Of a DNA stretch of 64,000 nt, positions 47,387 through 55,137 are shown one piece after another. The DNA is taken from assembly GCA_035650575.1 (NCBI GenBank), contig DASRHM010000123.1, forward strand, positions 1,234 to 65,233, in the 5' to 3' direction. The stretch's first letter is position 1, and the number at the start of each line of letters is the position of its first letter. This DNA is from Dehalococcoidia bacterium. GTDB lineage: Bacteria; Chloroflexota; Dehalococcoidia; DSTF01; JACRBR01. The translations under genes were made by a program, and so were the position numbers. The notes beneath the pieces were generated by a model, which did not search any database, was not told the DNA's origin, and saw nothing but the letters and a program-made list of their open reading frames with translations.

Positions 47387-47648
47387 GCGCCGATCCTAGC
47401 GGACGCGGGTCATCGGCAGATGGCGCCGGTTGCGCAGATGAGCTGGTTCGCGTTGTCGCCCGCTGCTGGTGGCTCGCGCCGCTGTCCGCCGGCCGTCCGG
47501 CGCCGATGGAGCCGCGCCGTCCTCCGCACGGGGGCGGGGCACTCCACCCTCCACCGCCCATCCTCCATCCCCCGCCGCATCGCGCGCCCACGCGCCGTGC
47601 GCCTACCAGCGCCGGGCGCGCCACCGGCGCTGCTAGACTGCGCCTGAT

Positions 47649-47735
47649 GCCGGGGTGGCGAAACTGGCAGACGCAGCGGACTTAAAATCCGCCGCCCGAA
47701 AGGGCGTGTGGGTTCGACCCCCACCCCCGGCACCA
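47649..47735 (+). tRNA. tRNA-Leu (anticodon UAA), type II with long variable arm
   Basis: Cloverleaf read directly: acceptor GCCGGGG/CCCCGGC, anticodon loop CUUAAAA, variable arm CCGCCCGAAAGGGCG, T-loop GGTTCGACCCC, encoded CCA. Confidence 0.9.
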
Positions 47736-47824
47736 ACGGTTAGCATCGCGCACTGGCTTCGTGCTGCAGGGGTCGTTTGCGCCAGTGATCCTACGCCCGC
47801 ACCCCGTTATCCTGATCCCGCACG

Positions 47825-48295
47825 ATGATCACCCTCACCATCAACAACGCCCCCCGCACCTGCGATGACCCGCAGCGCAACCTGCTGAGCTTCATCCGCT
47901 TCGATGCCGGCCTCACGGGCACGAAGTACGGCTGCGGCGAGGGGCTCTGCGGCGCCTGCACCGTGCTCGTCGATGGCCAGCCCCTGCGCTCCTGCACGAC
48001 CACCGTCGGCGCCGTCGCCGGCGGGCACATCACCACGATCGAGGGCCTGGCCGCGGACGGCGCGCTCCACCCCGTGCAGCAGGCGTTCATCGACGAGTCG
48101 GCGATGCAGTGCGGCTACTGCATCCCCGGCTTCATCATGACCTCCGTCGCGCTGCTCGCGCGCGACCCGCGCCCCGCGCCCGGCCTCGTGCGCGAGGCGC
48201 TGGCGCAGAACATGTGCCGCTGCGGCACCTACCAGCGCATCCTGCGCGCCGTCGAGCGCGCGGCGGACGCCATCGCGGGCGGGCGCGATGCCTGA
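47825..48295 (+). CDS. [2Fe-2S]-binding small subunit of a xanthine-dehydrogenase-family molybdoenzyme (CoxS/IorA-like)
   Basis: Both cluster motifs present: CGEGLCGACTV and QCGYCIPG...CRCGTY. Confidence 0.9.
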   Translation: MITLTINNAPRTCDDPQRNLLSFIRFDAGLTGTKYGCGEGLCGACTVLVDGQPLRSCTTTVGAVAGGHITTIEGLAADGALHPVQQAFIDESAMQCGYCIPGFIMTSVALLARDPRPAPGLVREALAQNMCRCGTYQRILRAVERAADAIAGGRDA

Positions 48296-50357
48296 CGGCG
48301 CCGCCGGCGAGCGCGGGCTCCACGTCTTCGGCGAGGTCGGGCAGGGCTTCCCCCCGCCGCCGCGCACCTACGCGCGCGTCGCCTACGCGAACACCGAGCC
48401 CGACGTCGAGAAGGCGCGCTGGCTCACGGTGCGCCCCGACGGACGCGTCGTCGCCTACGCCGGCAAGGTCGAGTACGGGCAGGGCATCCGCACGGGCCTC
48501 GCGATCGAGGTCGCCGACGAGCTGCGCGTGCCGCTGGAGGCGGTCGAGGTCGTGCTCGGCGACACCGCCACCGTGCCGTGGGACATGGGCACGTTCGGCA
48601 GCCAGAGCACCGCGCGCGTCGGCCTGCAGCTCCGCAAGGCCGCCGCGACCGCGCGCGAGGCGCTGCTCGAGCTGGCGGCGGACCGGCTGGACCTCGCCGT
48701 CGCCGACCTCAGCGCGGAGCGCGGCGGCGTCGCCTCGAAGGCCGACCCGTCGCGCGCCGTGACGTACGCAGAATTGCTCGAAGGCCGCAGCGTGCAGCGC
48801 GACCTCGTCGACGACGTGCCGCTGACGCCCGCGCCGGACTTCGGCGTGATGGGCGCGCCGCACGCGCGCATCGATGCGGTCGCGCGCGTCACCGGGCAGG
48901 CGCGCTACTCGCAGGACATCACGCTCGATGGCATGCTCTTCGCCGCGGTCCTCCGCCCGCCGTCGCGCGGCGCGAAGCTCGTGTCGGTCGATACCGCGGC
49001 GGCCGAGCGCATGCCGGGCGTCGTCGCCGTGCTGCAGGACGAGCACCTCGTCGCCGCGCTCGCCGACACCGACGAGCACGCGATGGCCGCCGCGCGCGTC
49101 ATCGCCGCGCAGTGGGACGAGCAGCACGCCGGCGTCTCGACGATCGACCTGCCGGAGCTGCTCGTGCGCACCGGCCACGACCCGTACGTCACGCAGGAGC
49201 AGGGCGCCCTCGACGAGGGCTTCCGCGCCGCCAGCGGCACGCTCGAGCGCACGTACTTCATCCCCTACGTCTCGAACGCGCCGATGGAGCCACGCGCGGC
49301 CGTCGCGCAGTGGGAGGGTGACCGGCTGACGGTCTGGGCCGGCACGCAGCGCCCGTTCGGCATCCGCACGGAGCTCGCGCAGCGCTTCGGCATCGACGAG
49401 TCGCAGGTGCGCGTCATCGCGCCGGAGATCGGCGGCGGCTTCGGCAGCAAGAGCCCGTATCCCGTCGCGCACGAAGCCGCGCGCCTGGCGCGGCTCGCCG
49501 GCCGGCCGGTGCGCGTCGCCTACACCCGCGCCGAGGACATGATGTACGCGACGGTCCGCCCGGCGGCGGTGATCGTCGTCAAGAGCGGCTTCACGCCCGA
49601 CGGCAAGATCGTCGCCTGGCAGTTCGATGCCTATCACGCCGGCGACCGCCCGTTCCTCGGCCGCCGCGGCTCCGACTCGCCGTACGAGACGCCGCACGTG
49701 CGCGTGACGACGTACACGTCGGACAGCCCGCTCTCGACCGGCTCCTACCGCTCGCTCGGCGGCGCCGTCAACCACTTCGCGCGCGAGGTGCACATCGACG
49801 AGATCGCCGAGGCCGTGGGGCTCGACCCCGTCGAGCTGCGGCTGCGCAACCTCACGCACCCGCGATTCCGTCGCGTGCTGGAGCGCGCGGCGGATGCCCA
49901 CGGCTGGCCGTCGCGCGCCGCGCATGCGGGCAACGGCGTCGCCATTGGCGTCGACGTCGGCAGCTACTGCGCGACCTGCGTGAAGCTCGACGTGCAGGGT
50001 CGCGAGGTGCGCGTCGACCGCGTGACGGCGGCGCTCGACTGCGGCCTCGTCGTCAACCCGGAGGGCGCGACGAACCAGGTCGAAGGGTCGATCGTCATGG
50101 GCATGGGCACTGCGCTCTGGGAGGCCGTCGACTTCCACGACGGGCGCGTGCTCAACGCCGGCTTCACGCGCTACCGCGTCCCGCGCACCAGCGACGCGCC
50201 TGCCATCCAGACGCTGCTCGTCGGCGACCCGGAGACGCCCTCGACCGGCGCCGGCGAGCCGGGCATCGTCCCCATCGCGGCGGCGATCTCGAACGCCGTC
50301 TTCGACCGCACGGGCCAGCGCCACCGCGAGCTGCCGATCACGCGCTACCGGCGCTGA
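48288..50357 (+). CDS. Molybdopterin-binding large subunit of a xanthine-dehydrogenase-family oxidoreductase (CoxL/IorB-like)
   Basis: Aldehyde-oxidase/xanthine-dehydrogenase a/b hammerhead and MoCo-binding regions (GKVEYGQGIRTGLA, GGGFGSK). Overlaps coxS by 8 nt. No FAD-binding medium subunit in between. Confidence 0.88.
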   Translation: MPDGAAGERGLHVFGEVGQGFPPPPRTYARVAYANTEPDVEKARWLTVRPDGRVVAYAGKVEYGQGIRTGLAIEVADELRVPLEAVEVVLGDTATVPWDMGTFGSQSTARVGLQLRKAAATAREALLELAADRLDLAVADLSAERGGVASKADPSRAVTYAELLEGRSVQRDLVDDVPLTPAPDFGVMGAPHARIDAVARVTGQARYSQDITLDGMLFAAVLRPPSRGAKLVSVDTAAAERMPGVVAVLQDEHLVAALADTDEHAMAAARVIAAQWDEQHAGVSTIDLPELLVRTGHDPYVTQEQGALDEGFRAASGTLERTYFIPYVSNAPMEPRAAVAQWEGDRLTVWAGTQRPFGIRTELAQRFGIDESQVRVIAPEIGGGFGSKSPYPVAHEAARLARLAGRPVRVAYTRAEDMMYATVRPAAVIVVKSGFTPDGKIVAWQFDAYHAGDRPFLGRRGSDSPYETPHVRVTTYTSDSPLSTGSYRSLGGAVNHFAREVHIDEIAEAVGLDPVELRLRNLTHPRFRRVLERAADAHGWPSRAAHAGNGVAIGVDVGSYCATCVKLDVQGREVRVDRVTAALDCGLVVNPEGATNQVEGSIVMGMGTALWEAVDFHDGRVLNAGFTRYRVPRTSDAPAIQTLLVGDPETPSTGAGEPGIVPIAAAISNAVFDRTGQRHRELPITRYRR

Positions 50358-50438
50358 TCCCGCCGCCCTCCTCCTCCGTGAGTGCCAGACCGGCCGACCT
50401 CGGCCGGCGCGTAACCAGAACACCGCGGGCGGTGGAGG

Positions 50439-51035
50439 CTACCCGTGCTGCGCCCCGGCGACGTCCTCCGGCGTGTTGAGGTCGAGCAGCACGGCGGCGT
50501 CCTCGAACGGCACTTCGTACACCTCGGCGGCGTGGCGGCGCAGCACCGCGCGGATGCCCTGCGTCGCTTCGTCGATCGCCCGGAGTTCCTCCCGGAGCGA
50601 TGCATCGAAGATCACCGGGTGCCCGCGATGCCCGAGGTGCGCCGGGACGGTTATCCGCGCGCCCGCCGCGCGGTGCGCTTCGACGAGCGCGCGCAGCAGC
50701 GCCGCCGGCCGCGGCTGGTCGACCGCGAGCAGCAGGACCGCCGTCGCGTCCGCCGGCGCCGCCTGCAGCCCCGCGAGGATCGAGCTGACTTTGCCCGTGC
50801 GGTACGCGTCGTTCCGCGCGATGCGCGTCTTCGGCGCGCCCGCGGCGACGCGCTCGATGCGCTCCGCCTCGTGCCCGCTGACCAGCACGATCGCCGAGAC
50901 GTCGTCGACGGCGGCGAGCTGCGCGAGCTGGTAGGCGAGCAGGGAGGGGCTGTCCTGCCACGGGAGGAGCGCCTTCGGCTCACCCATGCGCTTCGACTCG
51001 CCGGCGGCGAGCAGGATCGCCGCGACGCCGGGCAC
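50439..51035 (-). CDS. Molybdenum cofactor cytidylyl/guanylyl-transferase (MobA/MocA-like nucleotidyltransferase)
   Basis: N-terminal ILLAAGESKRMG..K..L motif typical of MobA-like NTP-transferases. Adjacent to xdhC and the molybdoenzyme genes. Confidence 0.8.
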   Translation of the reverse strand: MPGVAAILLAAGESKRMGEPKALLPWQDSPSLLAYQLAQLAAVDDVSAIVLVSGHEAERIERVAAGAPKTRIARNDAYRTGKVSSILAGLQAAPADATAVLLLAVDQPRPAALLRALVEAHRAAGARITVPAHLGHRGHPVIFDASLREELRAIDEATQGIRAVLRRHAAEVYEVPFEDAAVLLDLNTPEDVAGAQHG

Positions 51036-51036
51036 G

Positions 51037-52134
51037 TCAGCGCGCGGCGTCGATGCGCGCGACGCGCTCGACCAGCCGCTCGGCGCTCATCGGCCCGCCG
51101 TCGCCGCCGAGGCGGTCCATCGTGACCTCCGCCATGATGCTGACCGCGATCTCCTCCGGCGACACGGCGCCGATATCGAGCCCGATCGGCGCGTGGATGT
51201 CGCGCAGCCGCGACTCGGGGATGCCGTCGCGCAGCAACTGGCGGTAGATCAGCGCGACCTTGCGCCGGCTGCCCATCAGCCCGACATAACCCGCGTCCGA
51301 GCGCGCCGCCGCGGCCAGCGCCTCGTAGTCGTACTTGTGCCCGCGGGTGACGATCACGACCGCGGAGTTCCGCCGCATCGGATACTGCGCGATCGCCTCG
51401 CCGATATCGCCCGCGATCACCGCGTCCGCCTCCGGGAAGCGGTCGCTGCTCGCGAAGTCCTTCCGGTCGTCGATCACCGCGATGCGGTAGCCGAGGAACG
51501 ACGCGACCGTCGCGACCGCGCGGCCGACGTGCCCGCCGCCGACGATCACGACTTCCGGTGGTTCGGCGAAGACGTCAGCGAACGCCGTCGCGCCGTCCGG
51601 GAGGCGCACGACCGACGGCCTCGGCCGCGGCGCGTCGAGGAAGTTGCGCGCGACGCGCAACGCCGCGTCCTGCCGCGCGCCCAGATCGCCGAGGACGGCG
51701 CCGCCGGCGAACACGGCCAGCCGCCCGGCTTCGGCCGGCTCGATGACGCGGAGCACGACCGCGCGCCCCTCGCCCTCCGCCGCCCGCTGCAGCGCGCGCG
51801 CCAACGGCAGGTCATCGGCGCACCACGCCGGGTCGATGTCGATGCGCTCGGTGCCGCCGCACGCGAGCCCGTAGTCCACGGCGATATCCTCGGTGAGCTC
51901 GAAATCGAGCAGGCGCGGCCGGCCGGACGCCAGCGCGTCCGTCGCGGCCTCCCACGCCTCGGCTTCGATGCAGCCGCCGCCGAGCGTGCCCGCCATCGAC
52001 CCGTCGGCGCGCACGAGCAGCCGCGCGCCGACCTTCTGCGGCGTCGAGCCGTGCGCGTCGACGAGCGTCGCCAGGGCGCAGCGCTCCCCGGCTTCCAGCG
52101 TGCGGACGAGTTCGCGCGTGACTTCGAGTTGCAC
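51037..52134 (-). CDS. XdhC/CoxI family molybdoenzyme maturation factor
   Basis: XdhC_CoxI N-domain and a Rossmann-like C-domain (VVIVGGGHVGRAVA). Confidence 0.82.
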   Translation of the reverse strand: MQLEVTRELVRTLEAGERCALATLVDAHGSTPQKVGARLLVRADGSMAGTLGGGCIEAEAWEAATDALASGRPRLLDFELTEDIAVDYGLACGGTERIDIDPAWCADDLPLARALQRAAEGEGRAVVLRVIEPAEAGRLAVFAGGAVLGDLGARQDAALRVARNFLDAPRPRPSVVRLPDGATAFADVFAEPPEVVIVGGGHVGRAVATVASFLGYRIAVIDDRKDFASSDRFPEADAVIAGDIGEAIAQYPMRRNSAVVIVTRGHKYDYEALAAAARSDAGYVGLMGSRRKVALIYRQLLRDGIPESRLRDIHAPIGLDIGAVSPEEIAVSIMAEVTMDRLGGDGGPMSAERLVERVARIDAAR

Positions 52135-52219
52135 GGATGGCCTCCGGGATTCAGTCTAGTCCATCAGCGTTCTAATGATCGCCTGCGGCAGAGGCAGTAC
52201 AATCGCCGCCTCGGAGGTG

Positions 52220-52375
52220 CGTATGCGATTGTCCCGGCTGCTCTACAAGGGCGCGCGCATCGCCAACGACGTGGAGGCGCTCGAGAAGCCTGAGCGCCTG
52301 CCGCGGCGCGTGCGCAACAAGGTCAAGGGGCGGATCCTCGGGCGCGTCGGCTTCTGGCGCCGGCTCTGGAAGTAG
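52220..52375 (+). CDS. Small (51-aa) basic hypothetical protein
   Basis: GGAGGTG SD 5 nt upstream of ATG 52220. Product is MRLSRLLYKGARIANDVEALEKPERLPRRVRNKVKGRILGRVGFWRRLWK. Confidence 0.45.
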   Translation, partial: RMRLSRLLYKGARIANDVEALEKPERLPRRVRNKVKGRILGRVGFWRRLWK

Positions 52376-52420
52376 GAGCAAGAAACCGGCCGCGGGGGCC
52401 GGTTCCGTCGTGCGCTCGCG

Positions 52421-52496
52421 TGGTGCCGAGGGCCAGAGTCGAACTGGCGACACCACGATTTTCAGTCGTGTGCTCTACCACCTGAGCTACCTCGGC
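52421..52496 (-). tRNA. tRNA-Phe (anticodon GAA)
   Basis: Reverse complement reads GCCGAGGTAGCTCAGGTGGTAGAGCACACGACTGAAAATCGTGGTGTCGCCAGTTCGACTCTGGCCCTCGGCACCA. Loop is CUGAAAA and CCA is encoded. Confidence 0.9.
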
Positions 52497-52559
52497 ACGC
52501 GGCGCAGTGTATCGGCGCCCTTCGCGGGGCGGCAAGCGAACGAGGATCGGTGCGCGCGT

Positions 52560-53309
52560 CGTGCGGCGCACGCTCACCGCGCCGCATGCGAAGGCTCGAC
52601 GACGCGGTGCTCCGGCGTCGCGATCGTCGGGAACGAGATGACGAACGCCGCGCCGTCCGCCGGATGCGCCGAGATGCGCCCGTCCTGTGCTTCGACAGCC
52701 ATCGTGACACGGTCAGTCCGATGCCAAGGCCGGTCGCGACGCGCGCCGAGCGCGGCGAGCGGTAGAACGGCGCGAAGACCGCTCCGCCTGGTCCGGCCCG
52801 AAGCCCTGACCGTGGTCGCGCACCGTCACGAACGCGCGTCCGTCGCGCTCCTCGACGATCGCCTCGATCGGCTCGTCGCGCGGGCTGTGCTTCTCCGCGT
52901 TGCTCAGCACGTCGTCAACACCTCGCGCAGCGCCGACAGCGAGACGAACACCGGCGCGGGGTCGCCTTCGACGCGCGCGTCGATGCGCCGGTGCGGATGC
53001 GCGCGCCCGTGCTCGCGAACGGCGAGCCGCTCGACGTCCTGCAAGGCGCACGGCCTCGCGGTCGAGCGCCTGCCCTTCGTTCAGGCGGGCCAGCACCAGC
53101 AGATCGTCGATGATGCGCTCGAGCCGGCCCGCGCTCTGCGCGATGTCGACCAGCGACTGGGCCCCATCGCTCTCGGCCAGCATCGACCCTCGCCGCCCGA
53201 GCAGCTCGGCGTTGCCCTTGATCAGCGTCAGGGGCGTTTTCATCTCGTGCGAGACGAAGCCGAGGAAGTGGCCGTGCGCCGGCGATCTGCTGGCCGCAGG
53301 GCGCGGCAA
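52560..53309 (-). pseudogene. Sensor histidine kinase remnant (HisKA plus a HATPase_c broken into three frames)
   Basis: H-box FLGFVSHEMKTPLTLIKGNAELL and N-box-like VLSNAEKHSP in one frame. The G1/G2 region is split: DHGQGFGPDQAER, then VFAPFYRSPRSARVATGLGIGLTVSRWL in the +2 frame, then ISAHPADGAAFVISFPTIATPE in the +1 frame. At least two frameshifts. Confidence 0.55.
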
Positions 53310-53324
53310 CCTCGCCGAGGGCGG

Positions 53325-54062
53325 TCAGGCGCGGGCGTGCGGGCGCCAGCCCTCGGGCGGCGGCGCGTCGGCGGGCCACATGCGAATCGTGGCGCGCGTG
53401 GTCTCGCGGTAGCAGTAGGCGATGAACAGCACGCTCACCGGGAAGAACACGACGCGGCTGACGATGACGTACGCCGCCGTCGAGAGCACGGCGAGCATGC
53501 CGAGGCGGATCGCGGCCGTCACGGCGCTGATCGCGACGTTGAGCAGCGTGAGGCGCACGAACACCGGGTGGTCGACCGGCACCACCGGCGCGATGCCCGG
53601 CGCCACCTCGCGCGCGATGGCGCCGATCAGCGGCTTGCGCGCGAGGACGGTGCCGACGCCGACGCCCACGAAGATCACGTCGCTCACGATGTTCTGCGCG
53701 ACGAACGCCGTCTCGCTCTCGGAGAGCAGGCCGATGATCGTGGAGGCGGTGACCACCGCGAAGGCGAGCACCGCGAGTGCGCGGATCACGCCGCGCCCGG
53801 GATAGCGGGCGAAGACGGCCGCCGAAGCGACAAACGACGACACGATGGCGATCTGCGGGCTCGCGACCTGGCGCACGACGAGGAACACCAATGCCGGCAC
53901 CATGCCGGCGAACACGCGCGTGTCGATCCGCATGCGGCCGCTGCGGTACGCCGCCTCGAACTCCTCGTCGCTCATCGGCGTCGAGGCCGGGCTCGCGGCC
54001 GCGGAGGCGTCGGCAGGTTCCATCGCGATCGCCATCATCGCCGCCCGGAGCGGCGGCGTCAT
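53325..54062 (-). CDS. Polytopic membrane protein (possibly the former sensor/TM portion of the decayed histidine kinase, or an independent membrane protein)
   Basis: 245-aa ORF with about 6 TM helices. Its 3' end abuts the HK remnant. A linker-like segment (LTALGEVAAPCGQQIAG) occurs in a third frame across the junction. Confidence 0.45.
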   Translation of the reverse strand: MTPPLRAAMMAIAMEPADASAAASPASTPMSDEEFEAAYRSGRMRIDTRVFAGMVPALVFLVVRQVASPQIAIVSSFVASAAVFARYPGRGVIRALAVLAFAVVTASTIIGLLSESETAFVAQNIVSDVIFVGVGVGTVLARKPLIGAIAREVAPGIAPVVPVDHPVFVRLTLLNVAISAVTAAIRLGMLAVLSTAAYVIVSRVVFFPVSVLFIAYCYRETTRATIRMWPADAPPPEGWRPHARA

Positions 54063-54161
54063 CCCTCGCCGGGTGCGATTTCGTCAAACGGCGACTCGAT
54101 CCGGGCGCTGCCGCTAGCCAGAACGCGTGGCTATACTTCGCGCGATCTGCAGAGGTGCCCG

Positions 54162-55019
54162 ATGGCCGTCCTTCTCGTCGCATCCGCCGAGCCGGGCGTC
54201 GGCCGCAGCGTCTTCGCGGCGGCGCTCGCCTGGCGCCTTGCCCGTGATGGCAAGCGCGTCACGCTCGCGCGCCTGGCGGGCGACGAGGGCGCTGCGGCGG
54301 ACGCCGCCGCCTTCGCATCGATCGAGGAGCTGATGGCGCCGGCGCAGCCGGTGCAGGCCGGCGACCTGAAGGACGTCGCCGGAGACGTCGTGGCGGAAGC
54401 GCCGGCGGGCCCCGTGGACGCGCTTGCGAAGCAGCTCGATGCCCGTGTGGCGCTCGTCGCCACGCCATCGTCGCGCCCGCTCGACGTCCCGCCCGACCGG
54501 CTCGAGACGCGCATCCTCACCCGCGTCCCGGAGGCCCAGGTGGCGAGCCTGCGGGTGCCCGGCGTGGCGGTCGTCGGCGAGGACCGCATCCTTGCGGCGC
54601 CCTCGGTCGACGACATCGCGCGCGCGACCAAGGCCGAGTACCTGCACCGCGCCGACGAGCCGATCTCCATCGAGCGGGTGATGCTCGGCACGATCGCCTC
54701 GGACGCCGCGTCGCCGTACTTCGGGAACCGCGAGCGCACGTGCGTGGTCACCCGTCACGACAAGACGGATGTGCAGCTCGCCGCGCTCTTCACGGATATG
54801 GTCTGCCTGGTGCTCACCGGCGGGAAGCCGCCGAGCCCGTACCTGCTCGACCGGGTGAGCGGCCGTCGCGAGGAAGTCGCGGTCCTGCTCGCGCCCGGCG
54901 ACACCGTCGAAACGATGCGTGCGATCGAGGGTCTGTATGGCGCGAGCCGCTTCGACGGCCGCGGCCGCATGGAGCGCGCGGTCTCCCTGCTCGACGTGGC
55001 GCTCCCCGTCCCCGCCTGA
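54162..55019 (+). CDS. Phosphotransacetylase N-terminal-like protein (P-loop-like plus DRTGG domain, no PTA catalytic domain)
   Basis: MAVLLVASAEPGVGRSVFAAALAWRLARDGKRV resembles the N-terminus of E. coli Pta. DRTGG-like DVQLAALFTDMVCLVLTGGKPPSPYLL. AGAGGTG SD precedes ATG 54162. Confidence 0.65.
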   Translation: MAVLLVASAEPGVGRSVFAAALAWRLARDGKRVTLARLAGDEGAAADAAAFASIEELMAPAQPVQAGDLKDVAGDVVAEAPAGPVDALAKQLDARVALVATPSSRPLDVPPDRLETRILTRVPEAQVASLRVPGVAVVGEDRILAAPSVDDIARATKAEYLHRADEPISIERVMLGTIASDAASPYFGNRERTCVVTRHDKTDVQLAALFTDMVCLVLTGGKPPSPYLLDRVSGRREEVAVLLAPGDTVETMRAIEGLYGASRFDGRGRMERAVSLLDVALPVPA

Positions 55020-55137
55020 GTGCTGCCCGCGACGCGGCGCTCCCTCCCGCGTCCTCGGCCTGCAATGTATGATCCGATCCCACCCGCGAGGTCGTTTCCG
55101 GAACGCCGCGCTCGCTCTCGAGGAGTAGAAATCGGGC

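Noticed and set aside
46763-47843. About 19-nt near-identical direct repeat (TGATCACCCTCACMATCAA) at 46763 and at the coxS start 47825, flanking the receiver gene and tRNA-Leu
   Set aside because: It looked like att-type or target-site duplications around a small insertion. But an 18/19 match is within chance expectation for a 64-kb high-GC window, there is no integrase or transposase, and the upstream ORF (MITLTIN...) is junk after 7 codons.
48135-50423. 762-aa minus-strand ORF opposite coxL
   Set aside because: Antisense to a confidently assigned molybdoenzyme large subunit. Low-complexity.
52410-55019. 869-aa plus-strand ORF spanning the tRNA-Phe and HK region
   Set aside because: Only its last 285 codons (54162..55019) form a coherent protein. 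The rest is low-complexity read-through across a tRNA and antisense to the HK remnant.
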